From contig JBBIQE010000006.1 of assembly GCA_037442485.1 (NCBI GenBank), forward strand, positions 1 to 47,845: DNA of 47,845 nucleotides. Reading direction: 5' to 3'. The stretch comes from Candidatus Methylomirabilis sp. Lineage in GTDB: Bacteria > Methylomirabilota > Methylomirabilia > Methylomirabilales > 2-02-FULL-66-22. Under the pieces are notes generated by a model. The model was not told where the DNA came from and did not search any database. It saw only the letters and a list, made by a program, of their open reading frames with translations. A program made the translations under genes and the position numbers. This document shows positions 1-9,634 of this stretch, in pieces (position 1 is the first letter of the stretch; each line of letters begins with the position of its first letter).

Positions 1-152
1 TTGGCACTTGTCAGTTAGTCTCTTTGCCAGCTATCACCACTTTTACTCCGACGGACTCCTAGATCATGGGAAGAACTCCCGCGCCAGCCGTCCGGCATGG
101 GGGTAGCCTTGCTACGCTCTCCCCGTGGCGAGAGAGGGAGGAGGGGGCGGCG

Positions 153-1838
153 TCACTGCCTCCGCAGTTCCCGGGCCCTCTGCGAGGCCGCCCGCGCCCC
201 CGACCGGTCGCCCAGAACGAGGAGGACATCCCCGAGATTCTGGTAGGCCTTGGCATACCCTGGGTTGAGGGCGATGGCCCGCTCGTAGGCCTGGCGGGCG
301 GCGATCAGGTGTCCGCTTCGCGCCAGGGCCGCCCCCAAGTTGTTCCAGGCGATGGGATTCGCCGGCTCCAGATCGCGGGCGCGGGTGAGGGCGGCGATGG
401 CGTCCTGGAACCGACCGTCCTTCAGGTATTCCAGCCCCAGGTTGCTCTGGACGAAAAAAGAGGTGGGAGTGCGGGCCGCCATGCCTTCATAGACCCGCAC
501 CGGATCGCCCCACTCGGCGGTCCGGACCTGGATGGTGGCGGTAAAGGCGATGAGCAGACCGGCGAGAAGGCCGAGCGCAAACATCCTCGCACCGGGCATC
601 GGTGAGGTGAGGAGTGCCTGGCGGAGGAGGGCAGCTCCGAGCAGGGAGAAGCCGACCGACGGAAGGTACAGGTACCGTTCGGCCAGGGTAAATCCCGGGA
701 TCGGGATCAGGTTCAGAACCGGGAGAAGGCTGAGAAGGATCCACCACGTGCCGAACACCATCAGCCGGTTCCGTCGCGCCAGGAGAAGGAGACCGGCCAG
801 GACCGCCAGCACGAGGAGACTGCTTCCGAGGACGCGGGGATCGGCCCAGCTCTGCGGGACGGCAATCGGGCGGATGAAGGAAAAGGTGAATGGCCACAAC
901 AAGAGACGCCCGTAAGTCAGCAGGGTGATCGGCGCCAGCCCCAGGCGCGGAGTCCCCAGGCTGTGCAGATCGGCCGGCAGGATCTTGCCCAGAACCGCCT
1001 GTCGCACCAGGAGGTACGCAACCAGAATGGCCATCCCTGCCGCGAGGAGAATCCCCCTGCGGCGCCTCGGCTCGGCCCCCTGGGCGGACTCCGTCCAGGA
1101 GAGCGCCAGCGCCAGGGCGGGCCACATCACCGCGATCTCCTTGGCCAGCAAGGCCGCCCCCAGGGCGAGCAGGCTCCCCGCTCCCGCAACGATTGTCGTC
1201 TCGAGCCCCCGCGTCCGCCCGTAACGCCACAGGGCCAGCAGGCTTGCCAGAAGGAACAGGGTGGCCAGAAGGTCGGTTCGCCCCTGCACCATGTCCACGG
1301 ACTCGGTGTGGATGGGGTGGGCGGCAAAGAGCAAAGCCGTGAGCAGTCCGAAGAGCGGACTGGCGGACAGAGCGCGGGCCAGCTCGAAGACGAGCCACGT
1401 GTTGGCCGCGTGCAGCAGCCAGTTGGTGAGGTGAAACCCGCCCGGTTCCCCGTTCCAGAGTCGAGCGTCCACCCAGTAGGAAAGATTGGTCAGGGGGCGG
1501 TAGTACGGCAGGGTGAAGTCGGCGAACTGCTCCGGGCGTCGCAGGATCTCCGCCGGGCTCTGGCCGGGGGCGAGGCGGATGTTCGAGGTGATGATGGTTT
1601 CATCGTCGATCAAGAAGTCGTTGCCCAGACTGCCTGCGTAGAGCAAGAGGGGAAACAGGAGAGCCAGGATCCTCCCCCAGCGGAGGAGCACGGCTGGATG
1701 CGTGTACCGTCGCGGGAGGAGCGGGTGCCATGCCTCCAGGGTGGCGGCTTGCCCAGGGAGGGGAGGGGTGGTTGTGTCTTCACCCTCCGCGGGGGGAGGG
1801 ACATTGGCCAGCGGGCCGGCGGGACGGAAACCCTTCAC
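153..1838 (-). CDS. TMTC-like (DUF1736/PMT_2-type) GT-C membrane glycosyltransferase homologue with C-terminal TPR repeats
   Basis: 561-aa ORF. GTG start 13 nt after the pilD stop, preceded by AGGTGA. Polytopic N-terminal part carries FLIDDE, YYRPL, GGFHLTNWLLH and HPIHTESVDMVQGRTD, which recur in ORFs 4087-6075 and 6193-8172. C-terminal part is TPR-like (AWNNLGAALARSG, AYQNLGDVLL). Family call is from motif memory, not an HMM. Confidence 0.8.
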   Translation of the reverse strand: MKGFRPAGPLANVPPPAEGEDTTTPPLPGQAATLEAWHPLLPRRYTHPAVLLRWGRILALLFPLLLYAGSLGNDFLIDDETIITSNIRLAPGQSPAEILRRPEQFADFTLPYYRPLTNLSYWVDARLWNGEPGGFHLTNWLLHAANTWLVFELARALSASPLFGLLTALLFAAHPIHTESVDMVQGRTDLLATLFLLASLLALWRYGRTRGLETTIVAGAGSLLALGAALLAKEIAVMWPALALALSWTESAQGAEPRRRRGILLAAGMAILVAYLLVRQAVLGKILPADLHSLGTPRLGLAPITLLTYGRLLLWPFTFSFIRPIAVPQSWADPRVLGSSLLVLAVLAGLLLLARRNRLMVFGTWWILLSLLPVLNLIPIPGFTLAERYLYLPSVGFSLLGAALLRQALLTSPMPGARMFALGLLAGLLIAFTATIQVRTAEWGDPVRVYEGMAARTPTSFFVQSNLGLEYLKDGRFQDAIAALTRARDLEPANPIAWNNLGAALARSGHLIAARQAYERAIALNPGYAKAYQNLGDVLLVLGDRSGARAASQRARELRRQ

Positions 1839-1851
1839 GCCTTCACCTCAT

Positions 1852-2613
1852 TCACCGCAGGAACCTGAAATACCACGCCATCAGCCACTGCCCCCAGAAG
1901 AGGGCCACGACTGCCCCCAGGGAGAGGAAAGGCCCGAAGGGGATGTGCTGGCGGCGGCTCAACCGCTTGAGGGCGATGAGGGCGAGCCCCACCGCCGACC
2001 CCACGAAACAGCCGACCAGGATGGTGACGATGACGGCGCGCCAGCCAAGGAAGGCCCCCACCAGCGCGATCAGGTTCAGGTCGCCCTCGCCCATGGCCTC
2101 CTGGCCGTACAAGACTCCTCCGTACAGGAGCACCAGGTACAGAAAGCCGGCACCGGCGAGGGATCCGATCACGCGGTCCAGCAGCGGCGGATCCCCCAGG
2201 AGAAAGCCGCCAAGGAACCCCAGGGGAATCCCGGGGAGCGTGATGGCATTGGGGATGATCTGGTGATCCAGGTCGATGAAGCTTGCGACCACCAGTCCCG
2301 AGAGCAAGAGGAGCAGGAAGCCCGCTCGGAGCGTGACGCCGAATTCGGCCACGGTCGCGACAAAGAGCACCCCCGTCAGGGCCTCCACCAAGGGGTAGCG
2401 CCAGGGGATCGGATGATTACAGGCCCGGCAGCGGCCGCCGAGGAGCGCGAAGCTCAGGAGCGGGATGTTATCCAGGGCGCGGATGGGGGCCTGGCACGCC
2501 GGGCAGCGGGAGCGGGGCGTGACGATGCTCTCCTCCCGGGGGAGGCGGTAGATGCAGACGTTCAGGAAGCTTCCCGCCACGGTACCGAAGAGAAACGCGA
2601 AGAGCAGTGTCAT
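1852..2613 (-). CDS. pilD: Prepilin peptidase / N-methyltransferase (peptidase A24)
   Basis: 253 aa. Paired Cys motifs CPAC...CRAC near the N-terminus. Catalytic Asp contexts FIDLDHQIIP and GEGDLNL. Polytopic membrane protein. Its ATG overlaps the TGA of the upstream GT2-methyltransferase gene (ATGA at 2610-2613). Confidence 0.93.
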   Translation of the reverse strand: MTLLFAFLFGTVAGSFLNVCIYRLPREESIVTPRSRCPACQAPIRALDNIPLLSFALLGGRCRACNHPIPWRYPLVEALTGVLFVATVAEFGVTLRAGFLLLLLSGLVVASFIDLDHQIIPNAITLPGIPLGFLGGFLLGDPPLLDRVIGSLAGAGFLYLVLLYGGVLYGQEAMGEGDLNLIALVGAFLGWRAVIVTILVGCFVGSAVGLALIALKRLSRRQHIPFGPFLSLGAVVALFWGQWLMAWYFRFLR

Positions 2614-3947
2614 AATGCCCGCCCCCTCTCCTCCGGCGGAGGGGTCCGGTCACCTTTCGGCTTTTCGGCCCGGAAGATCATTTCGCAGAACCCCACATAC
2701 TGGAGGTCCTGGATCGTGTACCCGTGGGCTCTCAGTCGCTCCGCCAGGTTGTCCCGTGTATAGTGGGTGATGTGTTCATGGGCGTAGGCGCCCGGCAGGA
2801 CCTTCCCGTAGATCCATTCCAGAACCCGCCACAGCAGGCGTCCATAGTCCGGCGTCCCGAGGATCAGTGTCCCGCCGGGGCGGAGGACGCGGCCCATCTC
2901 GGCGAAGACGGCGGGATGGGCCGGCACGTGCTCGATCACCTCGGAACAGATGACGGCGTCGAAGGCGCCGTCCGGAAAGGGCAGGGCGAAGATGCTCCCC
3001 TGGACCAGGCGGGAGTGCCGGTCGCGCAGAAAGCGCAGCTTGGGCAGCAGAATGTCCAGTCCCACCGCCGCCGGCAGGTCCTGGATGATCCGGCTGGAGC
3101 CGCAGCCGATATCCAGGACGGCGCGCTCGCCGCGACGGGCGGCGGCGTCCAGAAACCCCAGGACGATCCGATGGCGGGCCCGCTGCCAGTACCGCTGGAG
3201 GGGGATCGGGCTGTCGAAGGCGCGATGGTCGTAATCGGCCGAGGCCACCGAGTTTCGGAGCCGCCACATGCGGGCCAGCGTCCTGGCGAAGGCCCAGCCG
3301 AAGGACAACAGCCGGGCGTGCGAGCGGCCGGAGCCGCGCGCCGTGTAGTGGAACGGCACCTCCCGGATGCGCCACCCCTGGGCGTGGACCCGGATCAGGA
3401 TCTCCTCCAGGACGTCGAAGTCCCGGGCCCGCAGCGTCAGGCCGGCCAGGGTCTCGCGACGGTACATGCGGAAGCCGCTGGAGAGGTCGCGGATGGGCAA
3501 GGACAGCACCCGGCGGTAGGTCCGGTTCAGGAGGTGACTCAGCAGCCGCCGGAACGGGCCCATATCGGCCCGGCCGCCGGGCACGTACCGGGAGGCAATG
3601 AGGAGCTCGGCCTGCTCCCGGTGCTTCCAGAACTGCTCCAGGAAGATCGGGCGGTGGGACAGATCGGCATCCATGGTGACGATGTAGGGGGCCGGCGTCG
3701 CCGCAAAGCCGGCCTCCAGGGCCCCCCCGTATCCGCGATCCTGCTGCGGGATCACGCGGGCGCCCCGACTTTCGGCCGCCTCGCGGGTCCCGTCCTGCGA
3801 ACCCCCGTCCACCACGATAATCTCGGCGGTCACCCCCAGCCCGCCCAGGGTTTCCCGCAAGGCGGGCAGGAGCAGCTCCAGATTCTCCCGCTCGTTCCAC
3901 GCGGGGATGATTACGGCCAGTTCTGGTCTCGCTCCGTGTTCAACCAT
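2610..3947 (-). CDS. Fusion of a polyprenol-phosphate glycosyltransferase-like GT2 (Dpm1/GtrB/ArnC type) with a class I SAM methyltransferase
   Basis: N-terminal half has VIIPAWNERENL, VVDGGSQDGT and TMDADLSH (GT2 signature region). C-terminal half has VLDIGCGSS (SAM motif I), FDAVICSEVIEHV and LRPGGTLILGTPD. Start placed at ATG 3947 (GAGGAGGG 5 nt upstream). The ORF stays open to GTG 4052. Confidence 0.85.
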   Translation of the reverse strand: MVEHGARPELAVIIPAWNERENLELLLPALRETLGGLGVTAEIIVVDGGSQDGTREAAESRGARVIPQQDRGYGGALEAGFAATPAPYIVTMDADLSHRPIFLEQFWKHREQAELLIASRYVPGGRADMGPFRRLLSHLLNRTYRRVLSLPIRDLSSGFRMYRRETLAGLTLRARDFDVLEEILIRVHAQGWRIREVPFHYTARGSGRSHARLLSFGWAFARTLARMWRLRNSVASADYDHRAFDSPIPLQRYWQRARHRIVLGFLDAAARRGERAVLDIGCGSSRIIQDLPAAVGLDILLPKLRFLRDRHSRLVQGSIFALPFPDGAFDAVICSEVIEHVPAHPAVFAEMGRVLRPGGTLILGTPDYGRLLWRVLEWIYGKVLPGAYAHEHITHYTRDNLAERLRAHGYTIQDLQYVGFCEMIFRAEKPKGDRTPPPEERGRAL

Positions 3948-4086
3948 CCAGGCCCTCCTCGGCACGAGCCGCCGGTCGCTACTGCGGTGTGGTTCCGCGG
4001 CCGACCCTCCAGCCCGGGGAAGAGAAGACGTTGTGCCCACCCTCTGGCCCACGTCCGGTGACAGGCTCGAAGCCGCGACGGGATCC

Positions 4087-6075
4087 TTACCTGCTGTGGA
4101 GGCTCCCCTTGTTCACCGAGCGCTGCAGGTCCCGCAGATGGGCGCTGGCTTCGGTGACCATGGTCGGCTCGGGCGACTCGTCCACGATTCTTTGCCAGAG
4201 GACCATCGCCTGGTTGCCACGGTTCAGCCGTTCGAGCAGGAGGGCGTGCTCCCGCATGGCCGGGAAGAAATCGGGCCGGAGGCGGAGGGATCGTTCCAGC
4301 TCCGTCAGGGCCAGCTCGTCCCAGCCCTTTTCCGCATACAGCATCCCGAGTCCATAATGGGACCAGTAGAGATCGGGGCTGATCTGGATGGCCCTTTGAA
4401 AATGCGAGATGGCCGCCCGAGAGTCTCCGCTGAGCGTCAGGGCCTGACCCAGGCCCTGGTGGGCCATGGCAAGATCCGGATAGAGGTCTATGGCCTGCCG
4501 GAGGGCCGCGATGGCATCCCCCAGCTTCCCCTGCGAGTCTGCCAGGGCGGCCGCCTGCAAAAAGACATTCGGGTGGCGAGGGTTGATCTGGCGGGCTCTC
4601 CGGAGCGCTTCGGCCGCCTCGGCATACCGCCCCGTTCGTGTGAAAATGGCGGCAAGGCTCAGATGAGCGGCCTGATTATTCGGATCCAGGTGAACGGCCC
4701 TTCGGAGGATATTCAGGGCTTCCGGGTACTGCCTGGCTGCCAGGAGGGCGTTACCCAGATTGATGTGGGCGTCCGCCGACCCGGGATTCTTTTCAACCAT
4801 CCTGGTGTAGAGGGTCAAATTATCCCTCCACACGCCACCCTGGAGCAGAGCGAGCAGGGCGAAGGAGGCCGCCAGCGCGGCCGCCAGCCCGGGTGCCAGC
4901 CGTTGGGGGAGGCGGAGCCGCCGCACGGCCTGGCTGTCCCAGGCCCTCTGGAGCAGGAGCGCCAGAAACCAGCAGATGCCGAGGGAGGGAAGATAGAGAT
5001 ATCGCTCCGCCATCAAGACGGTCCCGCGGGGCGGGTGCAGCGGCACGAGATTGGAGGCGGGCAGGAGCGTCACGAAGTACCAGAGAACGCTCCAGAGGAT
5101 CAGCCGTGAGGCGCGACTGGCCACCACCATGCCGGCGCCCAGGAGCAACCCCGACGACACGACCCCCACGGTTTCGAGGGGGAATTGCCGAGGCGGGGGA
5201 AGATCGTAGAGGGGGTTAAGGCTGACGGGGAAGAAGGATTGGATCAGGTAGCGGCTCATGGCGCCCGTTGCCACGAGGAGTCGCTCGGGGATCCCGGCCA
5301 GCGGAACCCCCGTGTCCAGGAGGGAGCCTATGGCATGCCATCGCAGCAGCAGGTAGGCGGCCAGCACCGCCAGGAAGGGGGCGTGGACCAGAACCACTCG
5401 TCGCAGATCCCTCCCTGAGCGGGATACCTTGCCCTCCCGGTCGAACAGAAGGTCATAGGCCAGGACGATCAGTGGCAGGATGACAGCCGTCTCTTTGGAG
5501 AGGAGCGCCAGGCCGAAGAAAACCAGCGAGGCGCCGTATGCCCGGGAGCCCGAAGCCTGCCGGTCTTGCCTGAATCTGACGAAGGCGAGAACCGAGAGGA
5601 GGAAGAACATGGTCAGCAGGGAATCGACGCGCCCGGAAATGAAAGCCACCACCTCCACATGCACGGGATGGGCGGCAAAGAGCAACGCGGCCAGCAGCGC
5701 GAGGCCTTCCCGTCGAAGCACTCGGAGGCCCAAGGAGTACGCCAGGAGGCTGTTCCCGGCGTGGAGGATGAGATTCGTGAGGTGATACCCCGCAGGGTTC
5801 AGCCCCCACACCTGGTAGTCCAGCAGGAAGGAGAGGGCCAGAAAAGGTCGGTAGAATCGCCCGCCCAGCTCATCGAAGGTCAACCTGGAAAAATCCTGAG
5901 TGAAAAAGCTCGGCAGGTACCGGAAATACTTCGTGTACTGATTGCTGACGATCAGCACGTGATCATCCCAGACGAAATCGTAGGCGAGGGAATCAATGAA
6001 GAGGGCGAACGTGAACAAGATCAGAAGCAGCACGCGCCGCCACCGACGCGGCTCATCGGGCCAGAGGGTCTTCAT
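4087..6075 (-). CDS. TMTC-like GT-C membrane glycosyltransferase homologue with C-terminal TPR repeats
   Basis: 662 aa, ATG start. Motifs FVWDDHVLIVSN, FYRPF, NPAGYHLTNLILH and HPVHVEVVAFISGRVD in a polytopic N-terminal part. Long C-terminal TPR array (HINLGNALLAARQYPEA, HLSLAAIFTRTGRYAEA, HQGLGQALTLSGD, HYGLGMLYAEKGWDELA). Confidence 0.85.
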   Translation of the reverse strand: MKTLWPDEPRRWRRVLLLILFTFALFIDSLAYDFVWDDHVLIVSNQYTKYFRYLPSFFTQDFSRLTFDELGGRFYRPFLALSFLLDYQVWGLNPAGYHLTNLILHAGNSLLAYSLGLRVLRREGLALLAALLFAAHPVHVEVVAFISGRVDSLLTMFFLLSVLAFVRFRQDRQASGSRAYGASLVFFGLALLSKETAVILPLIVLAYDLLFDREGKVSRSGRDLRRVVLVHAPFLAVLAAYLLLRWHAIGSLLDTGVPLAGIPERLLVATGAMSRYLIQSFFPVSLNPLYDLPPPRQFPLETVGVVSSGLLLGAGMVVASRASRLILWSVLWYFVTLLPASNLVPLHPPRGTVLMAERYLYLPSLGICWFLALLLQRAWDSQAVRRLRLPQRLAPGLAAALAASFALLALLQGGVWRDNLTLYTRMVEKNPGSADAHINLGNALLAARQYPEALNILRRAVHLDPNNQAAHLSLAAIFTRTGRYAEAAEALRRARQINPRHPNVFLQAAALADSQGKLGDAIAALRQAIDLYPDLAMAHQGLGQALTLSGDSRAAISHFQRAIQISPDLYWSHYGLGMLYAEKGWDELALTELERSLRLRPDFFPAMREHALLLERLNRGNQAMVLWQRIVDESPEPTMVTEASAHLRDLQRSVNKGSLHSR

Positions 6076-6192
6076 CCTCGCCGCTCTCTCTCGACGTCTC
6101 CCAGGGGCCCTTGGCTCGTCCGCTTCGCCATCCCCTCTCCAGCCTCCTCCGCCCAGCGGTGCGACGGCACGGGGAAGACGACACGCCCTGTA

Positions 6193-8172
6193 TCACCGGG
6201 CCAGTCGCGCCCGGGCGAACCGAGAAAGCTCGGGATGGGCTGTCTGCGAGGCGACTGCCTCCCACAAAGGACGGGCCTCTTCTCCGCGCCCAGTTTCCTC
6301 GTAGACGAGGGCCAGCTCCGCCAGGAGCAGCGGGTGTCCCGGCAGGACCGCCAGGCCTTCCTGCAGGGTCTCGATCGCAGCCGGGGACATGCCCATGCGC
6401 AGGTGAATCCGCGCGAGATACCGGAAGGGATTCGGGTCCTCCGGGTGCAGTCGGATCGCCTCCCGGAAGGATCGGATAGCCTCGTCGAGCCGGCCGGCCC
6501 GCTCGTAAAATACGCCCAGGAGCTTGTGACCCTCGGCGAGAGCAGGCCACCGCCGGAGGAGCGACTGCATCAACGCGATGCCTTCCCCATACCGTCCCGT
6601 ATCGTAGTACACGCTGGCCATATTGATCCGGGGACGGATCCACCCGGGGTTCAGACGAATGCTCTCCTGGAAGGCCGCCAGGGCCTCGTCGTACTGGTGT
6701 AATTTGCGCAACGCCCATCCCAGGTTCATCCACGCGCTGGCGTCCTGCGGTGCGGCCTCCACGGCCTGTCGCATCAAGCGCACCGCTCTCTCGGGGCGTC
6801 CCGCCTCCAGCTCCAGCAGGCCCACCCACTGGAGCGGAACCGGCGAGCCCGGGTTCCGGGCCAGGCTGTGACGAAAGAAACTCTCGTTGCTCTCCCAGAT
6901 GGGGGTGATCCAGAGCAGCCCGGCGAGGGCGACACCACCCCAGGCGAGCAGGCCCACCCTGGCCAACCAGGCTCGCCTTTGGTCCGCCGCCCGGATCAGC
7001 AGGGGCTGGAAGGTGGCCGCCACGGCGAGGACCATCCCGGCTGAGGGGGCGTACAGCCACCGTTCCGGCAGGACGAATTGGCCGAGGGAATTTGGCGGGA
7101 GAAGATGCAGCACCGGGACCAGGGCCAGCCCGTACCAGAGAAGCCCTGCGGCAGCCACGGGACGGCGTCGCCAGGCCCAGCCGAGCCAGACTGCCAGCCC
7201 CATAAGGCTGATCCCGCCCAGGAGGATGGACGCATCCCAGAAACCCCGGGGAATGGGCGGATATCGCTCGGGTCCAAGGGGGATCGGCAGCAGGGCCTGT
7301 ACAGTATAGTAGCCGAAGGATTCCATCCCCATCCGCAATCGCTCGGTCAGGCCGCTGTGGCGGAAGGCCGTTCCGAAATACTCGTGTTTCGCCAAAACAA
7401 TCCCCCGCCAGAGCGCGTAGGGGATGACGATGGCCAACACTCCCGCGAGCAGCCGACCGTGCTGCCGGATGCGCTGCCCGGCTGCCCAGCCTTCGTGGGT
7501 GGGATCGGTGAGTCCGACGATCAGGAGCAGCGCCGGCAGGACGACAGCCGACTCTTTGGCGGCCAGGGCAAGGAGGGTAGCCGCCAGGAGACAGAGAAAC
7601 CCCTCGACCCTCCGCCGGGCGCATTCACGGGTGGGGACTTCCAAGAACAGCCACATCGCCGCGAGCATTGGAATCAAGGCGAGGGAATCGACCCGACCCG
7701 AGATGAAGGCCACCACCTCACTGTGGGCGGGATGAATGGCGAAGAGCGCCGCCGCCACGGTCGCCGTTTCAGGGCAATCCAGCCGTCGGACGACGAGCCA
7801 CAGCAAGGCGACCGTCAGGCCATGGAGGAGCAGATTGGTAAGGTGGAAGCCGGCCGGATTCTCGCCCCAGAGCACGGCGTCCAGCCACAGCGACAGGGCA
7901 AAGAGAGGACGGAAGAAGTAGCCTCCGAACTGCCCGAAGGTCAAGGCAGTGAAGTCCTTGGCGAGAAAGCTGCTGGGAGGTTTATCCGGCCGGAGAAACT
8001 GGTTGTGCTGGACCAGGAGGATGTCGTCCCAGACGAACCCGTAGCGCAGCGTCGGCAGGAAGAGGGCCACGGAGAGGAGAGCCACCAGCAGGGCCGCCCG
8101 GCCCGGCCGGATCCGGAGGACGGCCCCCAGTCTTCCCGAGCGGTCGGGCTGGGTTTTCGACTCCCCGTTCAC
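6193..8172 (-). CDS. TMTC-like GT-C membrane glycosyltransferase homologue with C-terminal TPR repeats
   Basis: ORF is open from 8301, but the start is placed at GTG 8172. That GTG overlaps the TGA of the upstream gene (GTGA) and follows AGGAGGAA. The 43 extra upstream codons overlap gene 8169-8873. Motifs FVWDDILLVQHN, FFRPL, NPAGFHLTNLLLH and HPAHSEVVAFISGRVD. C-terminal TPRs (AWMNLGWALRKLHQYDEA, INMASVYYDTGRYGEG, HKLLGVFYERAGRLDEA). Confidence 0.8.
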   Translation of the reverse strand: MNGESKTQPDRSGRLGAVLRIRPGRAALLVALLSVALFLPTLRYGFVWDDILLVQHNQFLRPDKPPSSFLAKDFTALTFGQFGGYFFRPLFALSLWLDAVLWGENPAGFHLTNLLLHGLTVALLWLVVRRLDCPETATVAAALFAIHPAHSEVVAFISGRVDSLALIPMLAAMWLFLEVPTRECARRRVEGFLCLLAATLLALAAKESAVVLPALLLIVGLTDPTHEGWAAGQRIRQHGRLLAGVLAIVIPYALWRGIVLAKHEYFGTAFRHSGLTERLRMGMESFGYYTVQALLPIPLGPERYPPIPRGFWDASILLGGISLMGLAVWLGWAWRRRPVAAAGLLWYGLALVPVLHLLPPNSLGQFVLPERWLYAPSAGMVLAVAATFQPLLIRAADQRRAWLARVGLLAWGGVALAGLLWITPIWESNESFFRHSLARNPGSPVPLQWVGLLELEAGRPERAVRLMRQAVEAAPQDASAWMNLGWALRKLHQYDEALAAFQESIRLNPGWIRPRINMASVYYDTGRYGEGIALMQSLLRRWPALAEGHKLLGVFYERAGRLDEAIRSFREAIRLHPEDPNPFRYLARIHLRMGMSPAAIETLQEGLAVLPGHPLLLAELALVYEETGRGEEARPLWEAVASQTAHPELSRFARARLAR

Positions 8173-8873
8173 GGGCTCCGTTCCTCCTGCCCCGCTCGGA
8201 CTGACGGCCGGGACCTGAGCTGGGCGAGGACCTTTTCCATCTCCCGTTTGGCGGTCTGTTTCACCCACTCGTTGTCGGTGGTCTCGTACATCGCCTTCCA
8301 CAGCTCAAAGGCGGTCTCCAGGGCGCCCGTTTTTGCGTACAGCCGGGCGATCATCCGGGGGAGGTAGTGCGGCCGGCCGGGGAGCCGGTCGGCCACCAAC
8401 CACCAGCGGAGGGCCTGGTCGTACTCCTTGAGGTCCAGGAAGTACATGCGGCCCAGGTCGTAGGGCAGTTCCCACCGCAGGGGGTTCGCCGCGATGCCTT
8501 TCTCGTAGATGGCGGCGGCTTCGGGGAACTGTTTGGCGATGACGAGGAAGAGGCCGCCGAGCTGATAGGCGGCCACGAAATGCGGATCCAGGCTGGTCAC
8601 GAGATCCACGAGCCCGTACAGAGCCTGGAAGCGCTCATCGGTTTGCAGGTGGGCGCCGACATACTGGATGGTGCGCAGCCAGTACAGGTCCGCCGCCAGG
8701 GGGTGGAAGCCGAGCAGGAGCGGGCGGAGCACGGCGGCCCGGGGCAAAACGGGCTCGGCCGCGGCCCCACCCCCGAGGCGCGGGGCGCGGGCCTCCAGGG
8801 CCGAGGAGAGGGGGACGACGGAGAGAGCGGCCGCGAGGAGGAGCGCGGCGCCGGGAACGCTTCGCCAGGTCAC
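8169..8873 (-). CDS. Secreted/periplasmic helical-repeat (TPR-like) protein, family not recognised
   Basis: Start placed at GTG 8873, overlapping the TGA of the ABC-2 permease gene (GTGA). The ORF-track extension to 9251 overlaps the permease gene in another frame and is Pro/Arg-rich. Signal-peptide-like N-terminus [28 protein letters not shown], followed by amphipathic helical repeats. Confidence 0.6.
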   Translation of the reverse strand: MTWRSVPGAALLLAAALSVVPLSSALEARAPRLGGGAAAEPVLPRAAVLRPLLLGFHPLAADLYWLRTIQYVGAHLQTDERFQALYGLVDLVTSLDPHFVAAYQLGGLFLVIAKQFPEAAAIYEKGIAANPLRWELPYDLGRMYFLDLKEYDQALRWWLVADRLPGRPHYLPRMIARLYAKTGALETAFELWKAMYETTDNEWVKQTAKREMEKVLAQLRSRPSVRAGQEERSP

Positions 8874-9634
8874 TTCAGGTCCCGCCGTTGGAAGAGAACG
8901 ATGGCGGCGGCCAGGAAGAGGACGAGATAGGCCGTCCCGTAGAGAAGGGCCAGGGGGACGTAGCCATGGCCCAGGGGCAGGCCGTGGACACTGGCCTCGC
9001 CGATATTGAGGCGGGCCAGATCGGGCAGGGCGTAGGTGAGGGCCGTGACCAGGGCCCGGGTGGCCCGGCCGCCGAACTGCTGGGCGAAGGCGCGCAGGTC
9101 CCCGCTCAGCCTCCCAATCACGAACAGGGACAGGGTGAAGATGGCACTCAGCGTGGGCGTGGTGAAGGTGGAGAACAGGATGGCCGCCGCCGTGAGCAGG
9201 AGCAGCTCGACGAAAAGGAGGAGGACCGCCGGCAAAAGCTCCGGGCTCCACCGACCCTCCAGGACGCGCGCGATGCCCAGGAGCCCCGCGGCCATGACGG
9301 CCACGTTGACCAGCAGGGTGAGGCCCAGGCCGCAGAATTTGCCGAGGATGAACTCGGCCCGGTGCACCGGCCGCGCCAGGACCGGGTAGATGGTCCGGCG
9401 ATCGATCTCCCGCGAGACCAGGCCCACGCCGATGAAGACGGCGATCAGTACGCCCATCAGGGAGATGGCGCTCAGGCCCAAATCCTTGACGATCTTCTCC
9501 TCCCCACCCACGGACAGCCGGACCAGGATGGTGGAGCTACCGATCATGGCCAGGGCGAAGGCCAGCAGGCTGTACAGGATGCGATCCCGCACCGCCTCGG
9601 TGAAGGCCATGAGGGCGATGGCGATCACCTTCAT
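8870..9634 (-). CDS. ABC-2 type transporter permease (PilI-like position)
   Basis: 254 aa, about six hydrophobic segments. N-terminus [21 protein letters not shown] is typical of ABC-2/NosY-like permeases. Its ATG overlaps the TGA of the ATPase gene (ATGA at 9631-9634). Confidence 0.85.
   Translation of the reverse strand: MKVIAIALMAFTEAVRDRILYSLLAFALAMIGSSTILVRLSVGGEEKIVKDLGLSAISLMGVLIAVFIGVGLVSREIDRRTIYPVLARPVHRAEFILGKFCGLGLTLLVNVAVMAAGLLGIARVLEGRWSPELLPAVLLLFVELLLLTAAAILFSTFTTPTLSAIFTLSLFVIGRLSGDLRAFAQQFGGRATRALVTALTYALPDLARLNIGEASVHGLPLGHGYVPLALLYGTAYLVLFLAAAIVLFQRRDLK

Noticed and set aside
1-152. Lower-GC first 60 nt containing TTGGCAC, which looks like a sigma-54 -24 box, and an inverted TTGGCA...TGCCAG pair.
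   Set aside because: There is no TTGC -12 element at the required spacing, and no downstream gene in the right orientation within the window. The window edge prevents interpretation.
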